64,000 nt of DNA from Octopus sinensis (lineage: Eukaryota). Below are positions 51,601 through 64,000 of this stretch, piece after piece. Every line of letters starts with the position of its first letter. Position 1 is the first letter of the stretch. The stretch spans positions 70,680,001-70,744,000 of the forward strand of contig NC_043006.1 in NCBI RefSeq assembly GCF_006345805.1, given 5' to 3'. A program made the translations under genes and the position numbers. Under the pieces are notes generated by a model, which had not been told where the DNA came from, did not search any database, and saw only the letters and a list, made by a program, of their open reading frames with translations.

Positions 51601-52544
51601 TGTAGAAATGCAGTGAAACCCCAATAAGTTGTTTGCTGGCAGAATCATGAACACATTGGACAAAATACTAAGTGGCTTTACATTCTGAGTTCAAATACCA
51701 CCAAGGTCAGCTATGCCTTTCAATCTTTCAAGATCAATAAAATTAAAATACCAATCAAATATTGGGGTTGGTATAATCGGCTTAAACCTGTTCCCTAAAA
51801 TTGCTGACCTCATGCCAAAATATCATCATCATCATCATTATTATTATTGTTATTAAAGTGGCAGGCTAAGAAAGTTGTTAGCAAGCCAGACAAAGTTCTC
51901 AGTGGCATTTCATTTGTCTTTGCATTCTGAGTTCAAATTCCACCAAGGTCAACTATCTTTCATCCTTTTGGAGTCAGTGAAATGATCACCAGTTGAACAC
52001 TGGGGCCGGTGAGAAATCAAACAGCTGCCTGATCAACCATACAACTCATTGAATTTGTGTGCCTAAATAACACACACACAGACTCACACACACACACACA
52101 CACACACCACACACACACACATGCATTCATTTCTTACTATCTCCACCTGTGACTGAATGCACACCAACATGGGACAGCTGCCCCCATAGTAGGAATCTCT
52201 GATATTGGACATACTTCATGTTAGTTTCATCAGCCATACTCCTCTACGCTGGCTTAGACCATGTTTTGAAGAGGGTATTGATTTTGGATTTTTCCTTCAC
52301 CTTAATTGATTACTTTCACTACCGCTAAGGAGCTCAATCTACCCTTACAAAAATCTATTTAAGCCATTGATGGGACTCTGAGAGGTATTACCGTTCCAGA
52401 TCAGATCAGACCTGGGAGTAATGATAATTAAGGGGCCACTCCATGTTCCTCACAACTCCAAATCTCCTGAACTGGAGCTTCACCACTGGATGTTGTTTGG
52501 TGTCATTTCAAAGATGTGTGTGTGTGTCTCTTTCTCTGTCAACC

Positions 52545-52575
<31 letters not shown>

Positions 52576-53108
52576 CTATCTACCTATCTACGTCTATCTA
52601 GCTATCTATCTGTCTGTCTTTTTCTTCCTTTCTTTCTTTCTTTTTTTCTTTCTTTCTTTCTTCCCTCCACCTTAAATGTATGTTATGTTTCAGTAATTCA
52701 CTGCTGCTATTTGGGGATTTACTGTTTTGTGTGTGTGTCTGTGGTAACAACTGAAAACATTGATAACAAGGACTAGGACAGTTTTTGTCTGTGTGAAAGG
52801 TCAAGGTTATACATTGTGTCACTTCCACCTAACACAAAGGATCCCCCCCCTTCCCATTGTGTGTATGTGGTGGTGGGCGGAGCAGGTAGATGACATCATA
52901 CAGTGTGTAACTGTTACAGTACACACTACCACCACCAATATATTTATTGGGTGGGACTGAGGGTAGTAGCTATCATACAATTTATAAATGTGTCTCAGTA
53001 TGGTGGCCACCACAAAGTTACATTGAAAACAAAGGGAGTGGTTGAAATGAACATGATTAAAAAGTTGATATAAATTAAAAACAGAAATGTAACAATCATA
53101 TAAAATAG

Positions 53109-53440
53109 GCGTGGCTGTGTGGTAAGAAGCTTACTACTTAACTACATGGTTCCGAGTTCAGTCCCACTGTGTGGCACCTTGGTCAGACCAAGCCTTGTGA
53201 GTGAATTTGGTAGACGGAAACTGAAAGTAGCTCATCATATATATGTTTGTGTGTCTGTGTTTGTCCCCCCCACCATCGCTTGACAACCAATGTTGGTGTG
53301 TTTCTGTCCCTGTAACTTAGCAGTTTGGCAAAAAGAGACCAATAGAAGAAGTACTAGGCTTACAAAGAATAAGTCCTGGAGTTGATTTCTTTTACTAAAG
53401 GCGGTGCTCTAGCATGGTCACAGTCAAATGACTGAAAGAA
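53109..53440 (+). mobile_element. SINE family A
   Basis: Head and tail present, with an internal deletion. Confidence 0.85.
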
Positions 53441-54066
53441 ATAAAAAAAAAATATATATGTGGTTTCAAATTTTGGCCCAAGACCAGCAATTTTGGGAGA
53501 GGAAGTAAGTCGATTACTTCAGCCCCAGTGCTCAACAAGTACTTATTTTATCAACCCTGAAAGCATGAAAGGTGTGTCGACCTCAGCGGAATTTGAAGCA
53601 CAAATTTAATAACCTACCTCTACAGGGATGGAGAACCTGCACCTGGGTCTGATCAGGTACCCCCACAACTGTATTTCATACCCTCTACAATCTCCTTTCT
53701 GATTCAGTACACTCTATGTGATTTCTCATAATAAACCGCACATGAGCAATTTTGAGGGCAGTGTGGCCTAAAAGAGACCCTCATTCTGATGGTGGTTTAT
53801 GTTGAAGTTGTTCATAACTTCTTCAGTTTTAATTAATACCCTGTTTTTAACAACCTCCACGTAATTAGAGCCTGTCTCTCTCTGGCCAAATTGACATCAG
53901 CAGGATTTGAACACAGAATGTAAAGAATCAGAACAAGTACCACTCTCGTTTACTCTTTTACTTGTTTCAGTCATTTGACTGTGGCCATGCTGGAGTACTA
54001 CCTTAAAGCATCTTTTTTTCCGGTGTTCTAACAATTCTACCTCTGCCCTCCAAGAAGCATGAAGTG

Positions 54067-54221
54067 TACTAGCATAGCTAGTGTGTGTGCCGCCCAGAGT
54101 AGCCCTTCCGTTTGCCACCTCCAGACCCCATAAAAATCCTATATTGCCTACAGCAATATGAAAAGTGCCACCCCGGGCTGGACTGCTTCTATGCCCCACC
54201 CACCTCCCAGCTACGCTAGTG
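54067..54221. mobile_element. Possible short MITE
   Basis: 13-bp TIR-like ends TACTAGCATAGCT / AGCTACGCTAGTG; no TSD recognised. Confidence 0.35.
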
Positions 54222-54816
54222 TTGGTGGTATTGACCCAGAGACCTGACTGATCAGAGTTGTTTATATTTCATCTACTAAATACTACAAAATTGCACATGT
54301 GTACACAAAGATATGTGCACAAGCAGGTATGCACTGGCCACCCCAGATCTATCATCAATTCTGTCTCTCCATTGCCACCCTGCTCTACTGAGCTTACCCT
54401 CCCCTACCACCACCACCACTGACATGCTGTATCAGTCCTTTCCCTTTCCACCACCACCACCTTCAGCCATAGAGTTACAGTAACATTAGATATGTGACCT
54501 ATATAATAATAATGTTCATCGCACCTGACCTATTTTTCCATCATAACTGTTCACCTTTGACATTAACAACTAAAAGCACTGAATTATGGTGGGAGGGTGG
54601 TGGGAGGAGACTCAATTTCTGTCTTGGTCCTTAACTTTGCTGTGGTGGTGGCGGCGGCAGCTGTTGTTGTTGTTGTTGTTGTTATAAGTGGTTGTAGTGG
54701 TGGTTATAGAATGTCTTCTCTCCTCGCACAGTACCGAAGTTCCCTTGTTTCAAAGTCCCACCTCTTACTTTTCTGTGTTTCCATTCCGTCTTTCTCATTT
54801 TCATTCTGTCTAGCTT

Positions 54817-54860
<44 letters not shown>

Positions 54861-55049
54861 TCCCTATACATAAAACTACCAAAAACTTCAAAAGAGGAGT
54901 TAATTCTATAATCATTTCTTCAAATCAACTTAATTAATGAAACATTTATTAATGAATCATTTTAGTTTTGATATTGTTGTTATCCCTTCCTCAGAAAGTT
55001 TTTTTAAGGAAAGGGACATGTGTATTGAGTTGTAATATTGTTTTTAATG

Positions 55050-55650
55050 CAAGGCGGCGAGCTGGCAGACATGTTAGCACAACGGGCAAAATGCTTAGCA
55101 GTATTTCGTCTGCTGTTATGTTCTTCTGCCGAGGTCAACTTTGCCTTTCATCCTTTCAGGGTCGATTAAATAAGTACCAGTTACGCACCGGGGTTGATAT
55201 AATTGACTTAATCCGTTTGTCTGTCCTTGTTTGTCATCTCTGCGTTTAGCCCCTTGTGGGTAGTAAAGAAATAGGTATTTCATCTGTTTTACATTCTGAG
55301 TTCAAATTCTGCCAAGGTCGACTTTGCCTTTCATCTTTTCAGGGTTGATAAATTAAGTACCAGTTACACACTGGGGTCGATGTAATCGACTTAATCCCTT
55401 TGTATGTCCTTGTTTGTCCCCTCTATGTTTAGCCTCTTGTGGGCAATAAAGAAATAAAAAAACGTTAGCACGCCAGGCAAAATGATTAGCAGTATTTCGT
55501 CTTTCTTTACGTTCTGAGTTCAAATTCTGCCAAGGTCGACTTTGCCTTTCATCCTTTCGGGGTTGATAAATTAAGTACCAGTTGCGTACTGGGTCGATCT
55601 AATCAACTGGCCCCTCCCTAAAAATTTCCTGCCTTGTGCCTAGAGTAGAA
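55050..55650 (+). mobile_element. Three head-to-tail family B units
   Basis: GGTC(A/G)ACTTTGCCTTTCATC..(A)TAAGTACCAGTT repeated three times at roughly 200-bp spacing. Confidence 0.85.
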
Positions 55651-55722
55651 AAGAATATTGTTTTTAATGTTATCCATCAATCAATCTATCTATCTTTCTT
55701 TCTTTCTTTTGATCTATACCTC

Positions 55723-55758
<36 letters not shown>

Positions 55759-56015
55759 AGCGCCTGGCTACCTGTTTGTCTACCCTTGTCTGAATACCTG
55801 TCTTTCTCTCTGTCTGTCCATCTGTTTATCACTCTATCCAACCATCTGCCTCTCTCTCTTTCTCTCTCTCTCTCTCTGGCTATCTATCTCTCTAGCTAGC
55901 TAGTTAGCTATCTATCTACCAGTCTGTCTCTCAATCTGACTATTTATCTGTCTATGTATTGATCAATCTCTCTGCCTTCTTGTCTATCTGTTTGTCTCTT
56001 CTATTACCTACCTAC

Positions 56016-56080
<65 letters not shown>

Positions 56081-56493
56081 ACTTGCCTCTCTACCTCTGT
56101 ATCCATTTCTGTCTGCATCATCATGTCATGCTGCCTCTGTGTGTGCATGCGTGCATGTGCCACTAAAAGGAGTACTAGCAATATACTGGAACTGATTCAG
56201 TGAACCATTCGTTCCTGGTTTCCTTATTAAAAAAAAAAAAAGAAAAAAGTCCCTGACCCTAAGCAAGAAATAACTGTTTACACAGCTGAAATCTCTGTAT
56301 TGAACTGACTGACATGTTTTGTGGGGCACCAGGTCAGCTCTGATTCACCACACCTATGACACACCACACACTAACCAACCTGAACAACTAGGTGCAATAT
56401 GACCCATATAGCAATTTTTCCAGATATATCATGTTTTCATGTAACTGACAACCATACTGTACTTGAAGCCGTTCTGTGATCAATGGTGTAGGG

Positions 56494-57224
56494 CAGTGCT
56501 ACTCAAAGTGGAGCTCCAAGGACCAGTGCCAGTCTGCGAGTTTCCAGAAAAGAAAGAAACATTATAAAATTCTTATGTAATTTTGTATTATTTGTTTACC
56601 GTTTGCCAGCCTCATCTGGCACCTGTGTCGGTGGCACATAAAAACACCATCCGAGCGTGGCCGTCTGCCAGCCTCGTCTGGCACCTGTGTCGGTGGCACA
56701 TAAAAACATCATCCGAGCGTGGCCGTCTGCCAGCCTCGTCTGGCACCTGTGTCGGTGGCACATAAAAAACACCATCCGAGCGTGGCCGTCTGCCAGCCTC
56801 GTCTGGCACCTGTGTCGGTGGCACATAAAAAACACCATCCGAGCGTGGCCGTTTGCCAGCCTCGTCTGGCACCTGTGTCGGTGGCACATAAAATCACCCA
56901 CTACACTCTCGGAGTGGTTGGCGTTAGGAAGGGCATCCAGCTGTAGAAACACTGCCAGATCTGACTGGACTGGTGCAGCTTTCGGGCTCCCCAGACCCCA
57001 GTTGAACCGTCCAACCCATGCTAGCATGGAAAGCGGACGTTAAATGATGATGATGATGATGATGAAAATAAATATAAGATTAAAAATTTGTCAACTTTTA
57101 TTATATTCATCATATATTTTGTTTCCGGTATAAATTAATATTGCTAAGAAATATTACCGGTCCCTGGCACAATGGAAAAAAAAAAACTACCAGTACGCCA
57201 CTGCAGATAGTTTGAGAAGCACTG
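56494..57224. mobile_element. hAT (Charlie-like) MITE interrupted by a young RTE 3'-end insertion
   Basis: TIRs CAGTGCTACTCAAA / TTTGAGAAGCACTG; flanks GTGTAGGG and ACATAGGG (degenerate 8-bp TSD with central TA). Confidence 0.7.
56599..57065 (+). mobile_element. Young family C RTE 3'-UTR copy with 5 near-identical 62-63-bp units
   Basis: Units start near 56605, 56667, 56729, 56792 and 56855; CpGs intact; (GAT)n tail. Confidence 0.9.
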
Positions 57225-57402
57225 ACATAGGGTACAGTGGTGATAGTCTGGGCATATAACATTATCTCTTCTGTCCAGTCTATTTCTCTGTGGTTTCAGG
57301 TTCTCATGATTACATCAGAGGCAAGTGAAACAGTTGCTGTTCCTATGTGTACCCACCAGCAGTACAGTGTTTGGTGTCAGGGATTTTGCAGCTATTTCTC
57401 TT

Positions 57403-57590
57403 TGGGGTGTTGTACATGTATCTGTGTCTGAAGTGTCATACATGTATCTGGAGTGTTGTACATGTCTCGAGTCTCCTACTTGTTTCTGGAGTCTTCTATG
57501 TGTTTGTGAAATGTTCTCCATGTGCTTGGAGTGCTGTACCTGTGTTTGGAGTGTTCTACATGTGTCTAGAGTGTTATACTTGTGTCTGGC
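57403..57590. repeat. 20-bp minisatellite, about 9 diverged copies
   Basis: Unit approximately GAGTGTTCTACATGTGTCTG. Confidence 0.75.
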
Positions 57591-59332
57591 TTTTAATATG
57601 GTAAATCAGTGGAACCATTAGAACCATTTGGGTGTTTGATTCAGTTCTCTGTTGAATGCAGTTTTTCCTTTCATCTTTCCTTTGATGATAATTAAAATAT
57701 CAGTCCAGGAAGGTGGAGTGACAGAATTGTTAGAGGGTCAGCTGGGTTGCAAATTCAAAATTCCATGTAGAATACCATTATTGTGGTATTGTTATATGTT
57801 ACATTATTGTTACGTGTGGCAACATGTAACAAAGTATCACCTGGAATCGAACACATGACCTTACAATTGTGGCCCGAATACCCCAACCCCTAAGCCACAC
57901 ATCTTCACACTGCTATATTTGTAGCTGTATAAAATATATTTTATATTCTTTTCTACTCTAGGCATAATGCCCAAAATTTTTGGGGAGGGGGCCAGTCGAT
58001 TAGATCGACCCCAGTATGCAACTGGTACTTAATTTATCAACCTTGGCGAAATTTGAACTCAGAATGTAAAGACAGACGAAATACGACTAAGCATTTTTCC
58101 TGATGTGCTAACATTTCTGCCAGCTCACTGCCTTTTATATTGCTGTATTTATAGCTGTATAAAATATATTCTATATAACTGTAGTTTTGTTCAAATTTAT
58201 TTTAAATGAATTATGTTTATATAACTGCTGTGTTGTTCAGATAAATATATTGTATTTTGGCGTTGTTTTGTTCCACTTTATTTAAAAACAAAGAAATTAG
58301 AAACAGCCAGGAAATAGGTGATGGTAATATAATGTTTAAAAATTTTTACTTTGATGTAAAATATCAATACAGAATTTGTTTGCAAGTTTTTGGTTGTTTT
58401 AATGTCAGGGAATAAAAACATATTGTAAAATATGTTGTAAAGTAGAATTTGAATCATTTTTAAATTATTGATAATGTCTGGCTTAAAAACTGAATCAAAC
58501 AAGCCAGCATAGGAGACTCTAGACTTGCTTGAAATTGCAGCTAAATTTCTCTTTAATTACACATAGCTTCCTTAAAAAGGTAAATAGATGTGATGATATG
58601 AAGGAGAAAAGGTAGGTGGGAGGTCACAGGTGGAAAGCCTTTGATCTTGGCTCTACTTGATCTGAGCTGACATGAAGCTGAACAACTGGAATTAAAATCC
58701 TTTCTACAAAGGCAGTGAGCTGGCAAAATCATTAGCACAATGGGTGAAATGCTTAATGGTATTTTGTCCATCTTGTCTTGACTTTCTGAGGTCAACATTG
58801 CCTTGCATGCTTTCAAGGTTGATAGAGTAAGTACCATATGAGCATAGGGGTGATGTAATTGACTTAATTACTCCTGGGTAAGAATATAAAAACTACAACC
58901 CTCTGCTGATCCATTTCAAATCAGTGTAGCAGAGTAGGCTCATCAAAATCACTATGACCTCAAGCTCAAATTCATGGCCTACACATCAGACTGTGGCTGG
59001 TGGAGAGAACATATTGAGGCCTTTGTCCTGCAGTGGATGAGTATGGACAATCCAATCCTACTAGAGGCACAAAGCCTGAAATTTAGTGTGAGGGGCTAAT
59101 TGATTACATTGATCCCAGAGCTCTACTTGGACATATTTTATCGACCCCCAAAACGATGAAACCCCAGCAGAATTTGAACTCAGAATCTAAAGATGGACGA
59201 AATGCTAAGCATTTTGTCTGGTCTGCTAACAATTCTGCCAGCTCACTGCTTTGGAATTAAAATGTAAGAAGGAAGGAAGAAACATTTCTTCCTTAAAAAT
59301 CAAGAATATTAAAAACATCTTGACCTTCCTAA

Positions 59333-59705
59333 CTTTTACTTGTTTCTGTCATTAGATTGTGGCCATACTGAGGCACCACCTAGGAGGGTTGAACAAATTG
59401 AGTCTAGTACTTATTCTTTAAATATGATACTTATTCTATTGGTCTCATTTGCTTGAAACAGTTATGGGGATGTAAACAAACACTGGTTGTCAAGTGGTGG
59501 GGGAAGGGACACAATGACACATGCACATATATATACATATATATATTTTTATATACACTGGGATTCCACGTAGTTTCCATTTACCAAATTCATTCAAAAG
59601 TCATTGGTTCACCTAGGCGATAATAGAAGACACTTGCTCAAGGTGCTGTGTAGTGGAACTGAACCCAAAATCACATGGTTGGAAGCAATCTTCTTAACCA
59701 CACAG
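59333..59705 (-). mobile_element. SINE family A
   Basis: Reverse-complement match to family A. Confidence 0.75.
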
Positions 59706-61341
59706 TCCCTCATTTCAAACAAACTGTGTGATAATTAAAACTAATTGTATCGTTAATGTTAAAATCCCAAAATAATTCTAGTATTTGTCTGGGATTGTCT
59801 GCCTGTCATCAGGGGATTTATTGGTGAATGAGGGAGACACGGGCCTTGCTTGGAATGTTGTCAGCATTCACATCTCTCCATGGCATACAAACTTTTGTGT
59901 TTGTGTGTGTGTGTGTGTGAAAGTACTCAATACATGTAGTAGTGTTTATTTATTCATTTGAAAATGATGAGTCACTTTGTTACTCCTTAGTTTTCTCATT
60001 GCATGTGATCCTTGGGGCAATGCACACACATAAGCGTGAGTTGGTGTGTGTGCATGTATATATATATATATATAGAGAGAGAGAGGGGGGGGATTTCGTT
60101 TGTCATCTGAAGGATGTCATCATCATCTGGGTTAAAAATTGAATTGAACACACCAGCAGAGGAGCCTCTCAATCTGCTGGAAATAGCAGCTATTGTAATG
60201 TGTCTGTATATATACAGAATAATAATAGATATTAATAATTAATGTGTGTATACAGAATAAGAATAAATATTAATAGTTAATAATAATAATGTAGAATGAT
60301 AATAATTATATAATTATTCTCTATGAAATAGAAAATAACATTTTGTTTATTTAAGAGAGAGAGAGAGTGTGTGTTACATTATAATGTAATATGTTATATC
60401 TCATATCAGTTTCATTTTCCTTACACATCGTCATATATTGTTTCACAGTGAGTTGAAATTGGATTTATTTTTTCATTTCTCGATTATTTACATTTTCAAG
60501 TCAAGAGACGTTATAAAACCACATTTGTAAACATATTATAATTATGTTATTCATTTTATTATCACCTTTTGTAATGCCATATTATCGACAGAATTACTGC
60601 TTTTCTATTTACTTTGAGCCATTATTCAGCATAAAAAAACCATCAGTATCTAAGTTACTTATAATGAAATATATTTCTTTCTTGTTATCAAAGCTATAAA
60701 AGTCTTCAAAGTGATTGCTAAAATATATTGGTATTGATCATAAATATTCAATATTAGCAAATATAAAGCTGCTGTCTTGGAAATCAAAATTAACTAATTA
60801 TTTTGATTTAAATTCCTGGCTGAAACTTAATGACAATTATAGAATCTGTTATTTCATTTTGTTTGGGTTTTTTTTTTTCATGTGTGAGTGTGTGTGTGTT
60901 TTAATTGTTCAGTATTTCTAAATCTCCACAAAACAATATAAATATATATGCGTAAAATACTTTTATATACACACATGCGCACACATACACACACACACAC
61001 ATATATATGTGTGTGTGTGTGTGTATATATATGTATATGTATATATATGTATGTGTGTGTGTATACCAATAAGATACTTATGTAAGGAGGGGCTGCAGCA
61101 TCACTTGATTTGATTAAGGATTGTTTATTAGCTGGTCATAAGTTAATCACAGCTCAACTTGTGATCTAAGCACAAGACACCGCTTCTGCCTCTTGGTTGG
61201 TGAATCTGATAAAAGGGTCAAAAGTATAACAACATTAGGCCAGGAAATAAAATAACAACGAACTGTTGTGTGTATGGGTTTTTCATAAAAACAATATTTA
61301 CTTTGAGAAATATTTCATATTGTGTCTCTGTATCTTTGCAG

Positions 61342-61453
61342 GCTCTCGATTCTGATGGCAGTAATACAGGAACAGTTCGACGTAGAAATAAAACAGTGGT
61401 GACACCAAAGATGGCAATGGAAAGTTTCAGATTATCTTTTCTCAACAATGAAG
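61342..61453 (+). CDS. Internal coding exon of an unidentified gene (112 bp, phase 0 to 1): ALDSDGSNTGTVRRRNKTVVTPKMAMESFRLSFLNNE
   Basis: Strong acceptor (ttgtgtctctgtatctttgcag|G) and donor (GAAG|gtaaat); non-repetitive sequence; open frame of normal composition. Protein family not recognised. Confidence 0.7.
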
Positions 61454-61624
61454 GTAAATGACTTTAAAGATTTGGAGGTTTTTTTTGTTTCAGCATTTAA
61501 AAAAAATTTTTTTTTTTACTGCTGCTGTTGACATCTTAAAAGAATGAAATCTTTTGAATAGCTTCAAGAAATCTCATATTGCTCCTTTATGATAGCATTA
61601 TACCCATAACAAGAATATACAATA

Positions 61625-61790
61625 CAGTTCTATATTTAAGAGATGAGGAATTATATACATTATTTACATTTGATGGGTATTTGTCCTCATCTTGTTTGTT
61701 GTTAACACAATGTTTCAGCTGATATACCCTCCAGCCTTCATCAGGTGTCTTGGGGAAATTTCAAACCTGGGTTCTCCTTCCTAAGGTATT
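61625..61790 (-). mobile_element. SINE family E, 5'-truncated copy (tail with hammerhead motif at 61704-61749)
   Basis: Reverse complement reads GACAC-CTGATGA-A-GGCTG-GAGGGTATAT-CAGCT-GAAAC-ATT-GTGTT and ends in ...cctcatctcttaaatatagaactg. Confidence 0.85.
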
Positions 61791-62144
61791 CTTTTTCTCT
61801 AAGGAGAAATGGAGGCTTGTCCTTAATTGCCCTTAATATTAGTAACCCCTATTAGTTGTATGCATTGTGTTTTGTCTCATCTACTAAAAACTCATCAAAC
61901 TTCTCTCTGTAGGGATCTCCCTAAAATTATAGGAACATACAGCAGTGTGTCCCATTGCCATTTCATACCTCCTCCACCAACTATATCTCTACTGCCCTTA
62001 TTTTCCATGTTTCAAATGTGATAGCAACAATCCCAAACAATCACCCACTTCATTATCTTCACTTTCTTCTCTTTCCCAGTAACCACTACCACTATGGTTT
62101 CTATAGAGTCAGATCTTCTTCACAAACCAATGATCTATTCTTTT

Positions 62145-62515
62145 TATCTTGTTTCAGTCATTAGACTGTGGCCATACTGGAGCATCGTCTTGAATTTTTA
62201 GTTAAACGAATCAACCCAGTACTTTCTTTTAAAAGCCTGGTACTTATTCTATCAGTCTGTTTGCCAAACTGCTAAGTTACAGGGATGTAAACACACCAAC
62301 ACCAGTTCTCAAGTAGTGTTGGGAGCCAAACATAGACACACACACACATATACACACAACAGGTTTCCTTCAGTTTCCATCTACCAAATTCACTCACAAG
62401 ACTTTGGGCGGCCCAAGGCTATTGTCCAAGGTGCCACACAGTGGGACTGAACCCAGAGCCATCTAGTTGGGAAGCAAACTTCTTTATTTCATTAAATTTG
62501 CCACACAGCCATACC
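62145..62515 (-). mobile_element. SINE family A
   Basis: Reverse-complement match to family A. Confidence 0.8.
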
Positions 62516-62707
62516 TGTGCCTAGTGTTCTTGATAATTTTAAAGAGAGTAATATTGTTGTTAGTAACAAACAGACATGAGAAGACCATTTAACTGTCGCT
62601 GGCGGGAGAATCTCTCCGAAAAATTGTCCATTTATATGCTTCCTCCATCTCTCAAATCTTTAATCAAAATTTTCCTCTCAGTTTGCACCCTCGCAAGCAC
62701 TCACAAC

Positions 62708-62739
<32 letters not shown>

Positions 62740-64000
62740 ATTTGATCTACTTTTGTTTATCCTCAAGGATTGGTTATCAGCACCTCTTCTGTTTCCCTAC
62801 AACCTGCTTAATTCTAACCATGTTCTCATTTTGGTGATACTGACCTTCATTCTTCAAAAACTTTTGCACACAAACCTCCTCCACATGTTGCTTAGGACCT
62901 CACACTAAAACTTTCATTGCTTTCATAAAGAGAAACCTCAAAAATATCCACTCGTATGACCACAAAAGTGGTGATGGCAGCTGTGGTTGTGGTTGTGGTG
63001 GTGGTGGTGGTGGCGACAGTAGCAGTGAATGTGGTGGCAGCTGCTGCTGCTAACTGAGTAATGGATTAAGTCAACCACCTGAGTAGGCCACAGTGAGGTT
63101 GAACTCAGACCACAAGAAGCTGGAACAATTGCCACAAGGTATCTAGTCTGATGTTCTTAGAGTTATTCAAATACACTACCCTGGATTAGTACTCTGATTG
63201 GCAAACCTGCCTTCAGTTGGATTTCAACTCAGATGACAAAGAATCCTAACAGATACTGCAAGTCATCTTGCTCTAAGCCATTAATCCACTGCTCTGGATT
63301 GGTGTGTGTGTGTGGGGGGGGGGTTATTGACTCTGAAAGGATGAAGAGCAAATCTGACCTTGGTGGAATTTGAACTCAGATCACAGAGACTCATAACAGA
63401 TACTGCGAGGAATTCCCTCTGATGCTTTAATAACCCTGCGACAAATTAAGTCTACAGTCCATCTGACAATGAGCTTCTTTCCAGACAGATTACGTTGACT
63501 GGACTTTTAGTCGACCCCAAAAGTTGTAGAGGAAACACTTGCCTAAGATAACCACAGTGAAATTAAACCTTAAAACCACATGGTTGCCGAGTGATGTTCC
63601 TAACCACATAGCTACAACTGCACCCATTTCAACTCAGTACTGATGATTATAATTGGTTTATCACATCTAACTAGCTGGTTGGTGTAAAACTCAATGAACT
63701 TTCTATCCTAATGCGGAGCTGTTTCTCTCTCCCTCACTGCTTCCCTTATTGCTGGTTATTTCTCCTTCTTATATCATCAATATTTTCATCATTTTTCTTG
63801 TCCTTCTCTTCTTCACTTCCCAACTTTCCTTTCTTTTATTTCTCAATTTCCTTCTTCCTCATTCTGTATCTCCCATTATCACTAACCCTACCCATCTCCC
63901 CACTGAGTTCAACCTGCCAGCACCAGTTTATTATTATTTAATCAGGGTACCCCAATTATCGTTACACTTGGCTGTCTGTTTGTCCTTGGATGTGTATGTT

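Overview
AT-rich, microsatellite-saturated animal genomic DNA. Its SINE/LINE families look like those of Octopus (coleoid cephalopod); this attribution is pattern recognition, not a database result. Almost all of the window is intronic or intergenic, and nearly every ORF in the supplied track is a microsatellite or transposon artefact. Only one convincing coding exon is present (+ strand, 61342-61453, product unidentified), so the window is probably mostly large intron(s). The rest consists of several tRNA-headed SINE families, many 5'-truncated RTE-clade LINE 3' ends with an internal ~62-bp VNTR, relics of CR1, L1/Tx1, RTE and Tc1/mariner elements, hAT and mariner MITEs, a Helitron-type element, several fold-back palindromes and tandem arrays. 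The most notable observation is a tRNA-headed SINE (3 copies) whose 3' part folds into a minimal type I hammerhead ribozyme of the Penelope-like-element kind, one copy with a Penelope-style inverted tail. A second, separate repeat type also carries hammerhead-like motifs (34302-34336; decayed at 28282-28317). Ribozyme activity is untested. Repeat boundaries were read by eye and are approximate unless a TIR, TSD or splice site is given.
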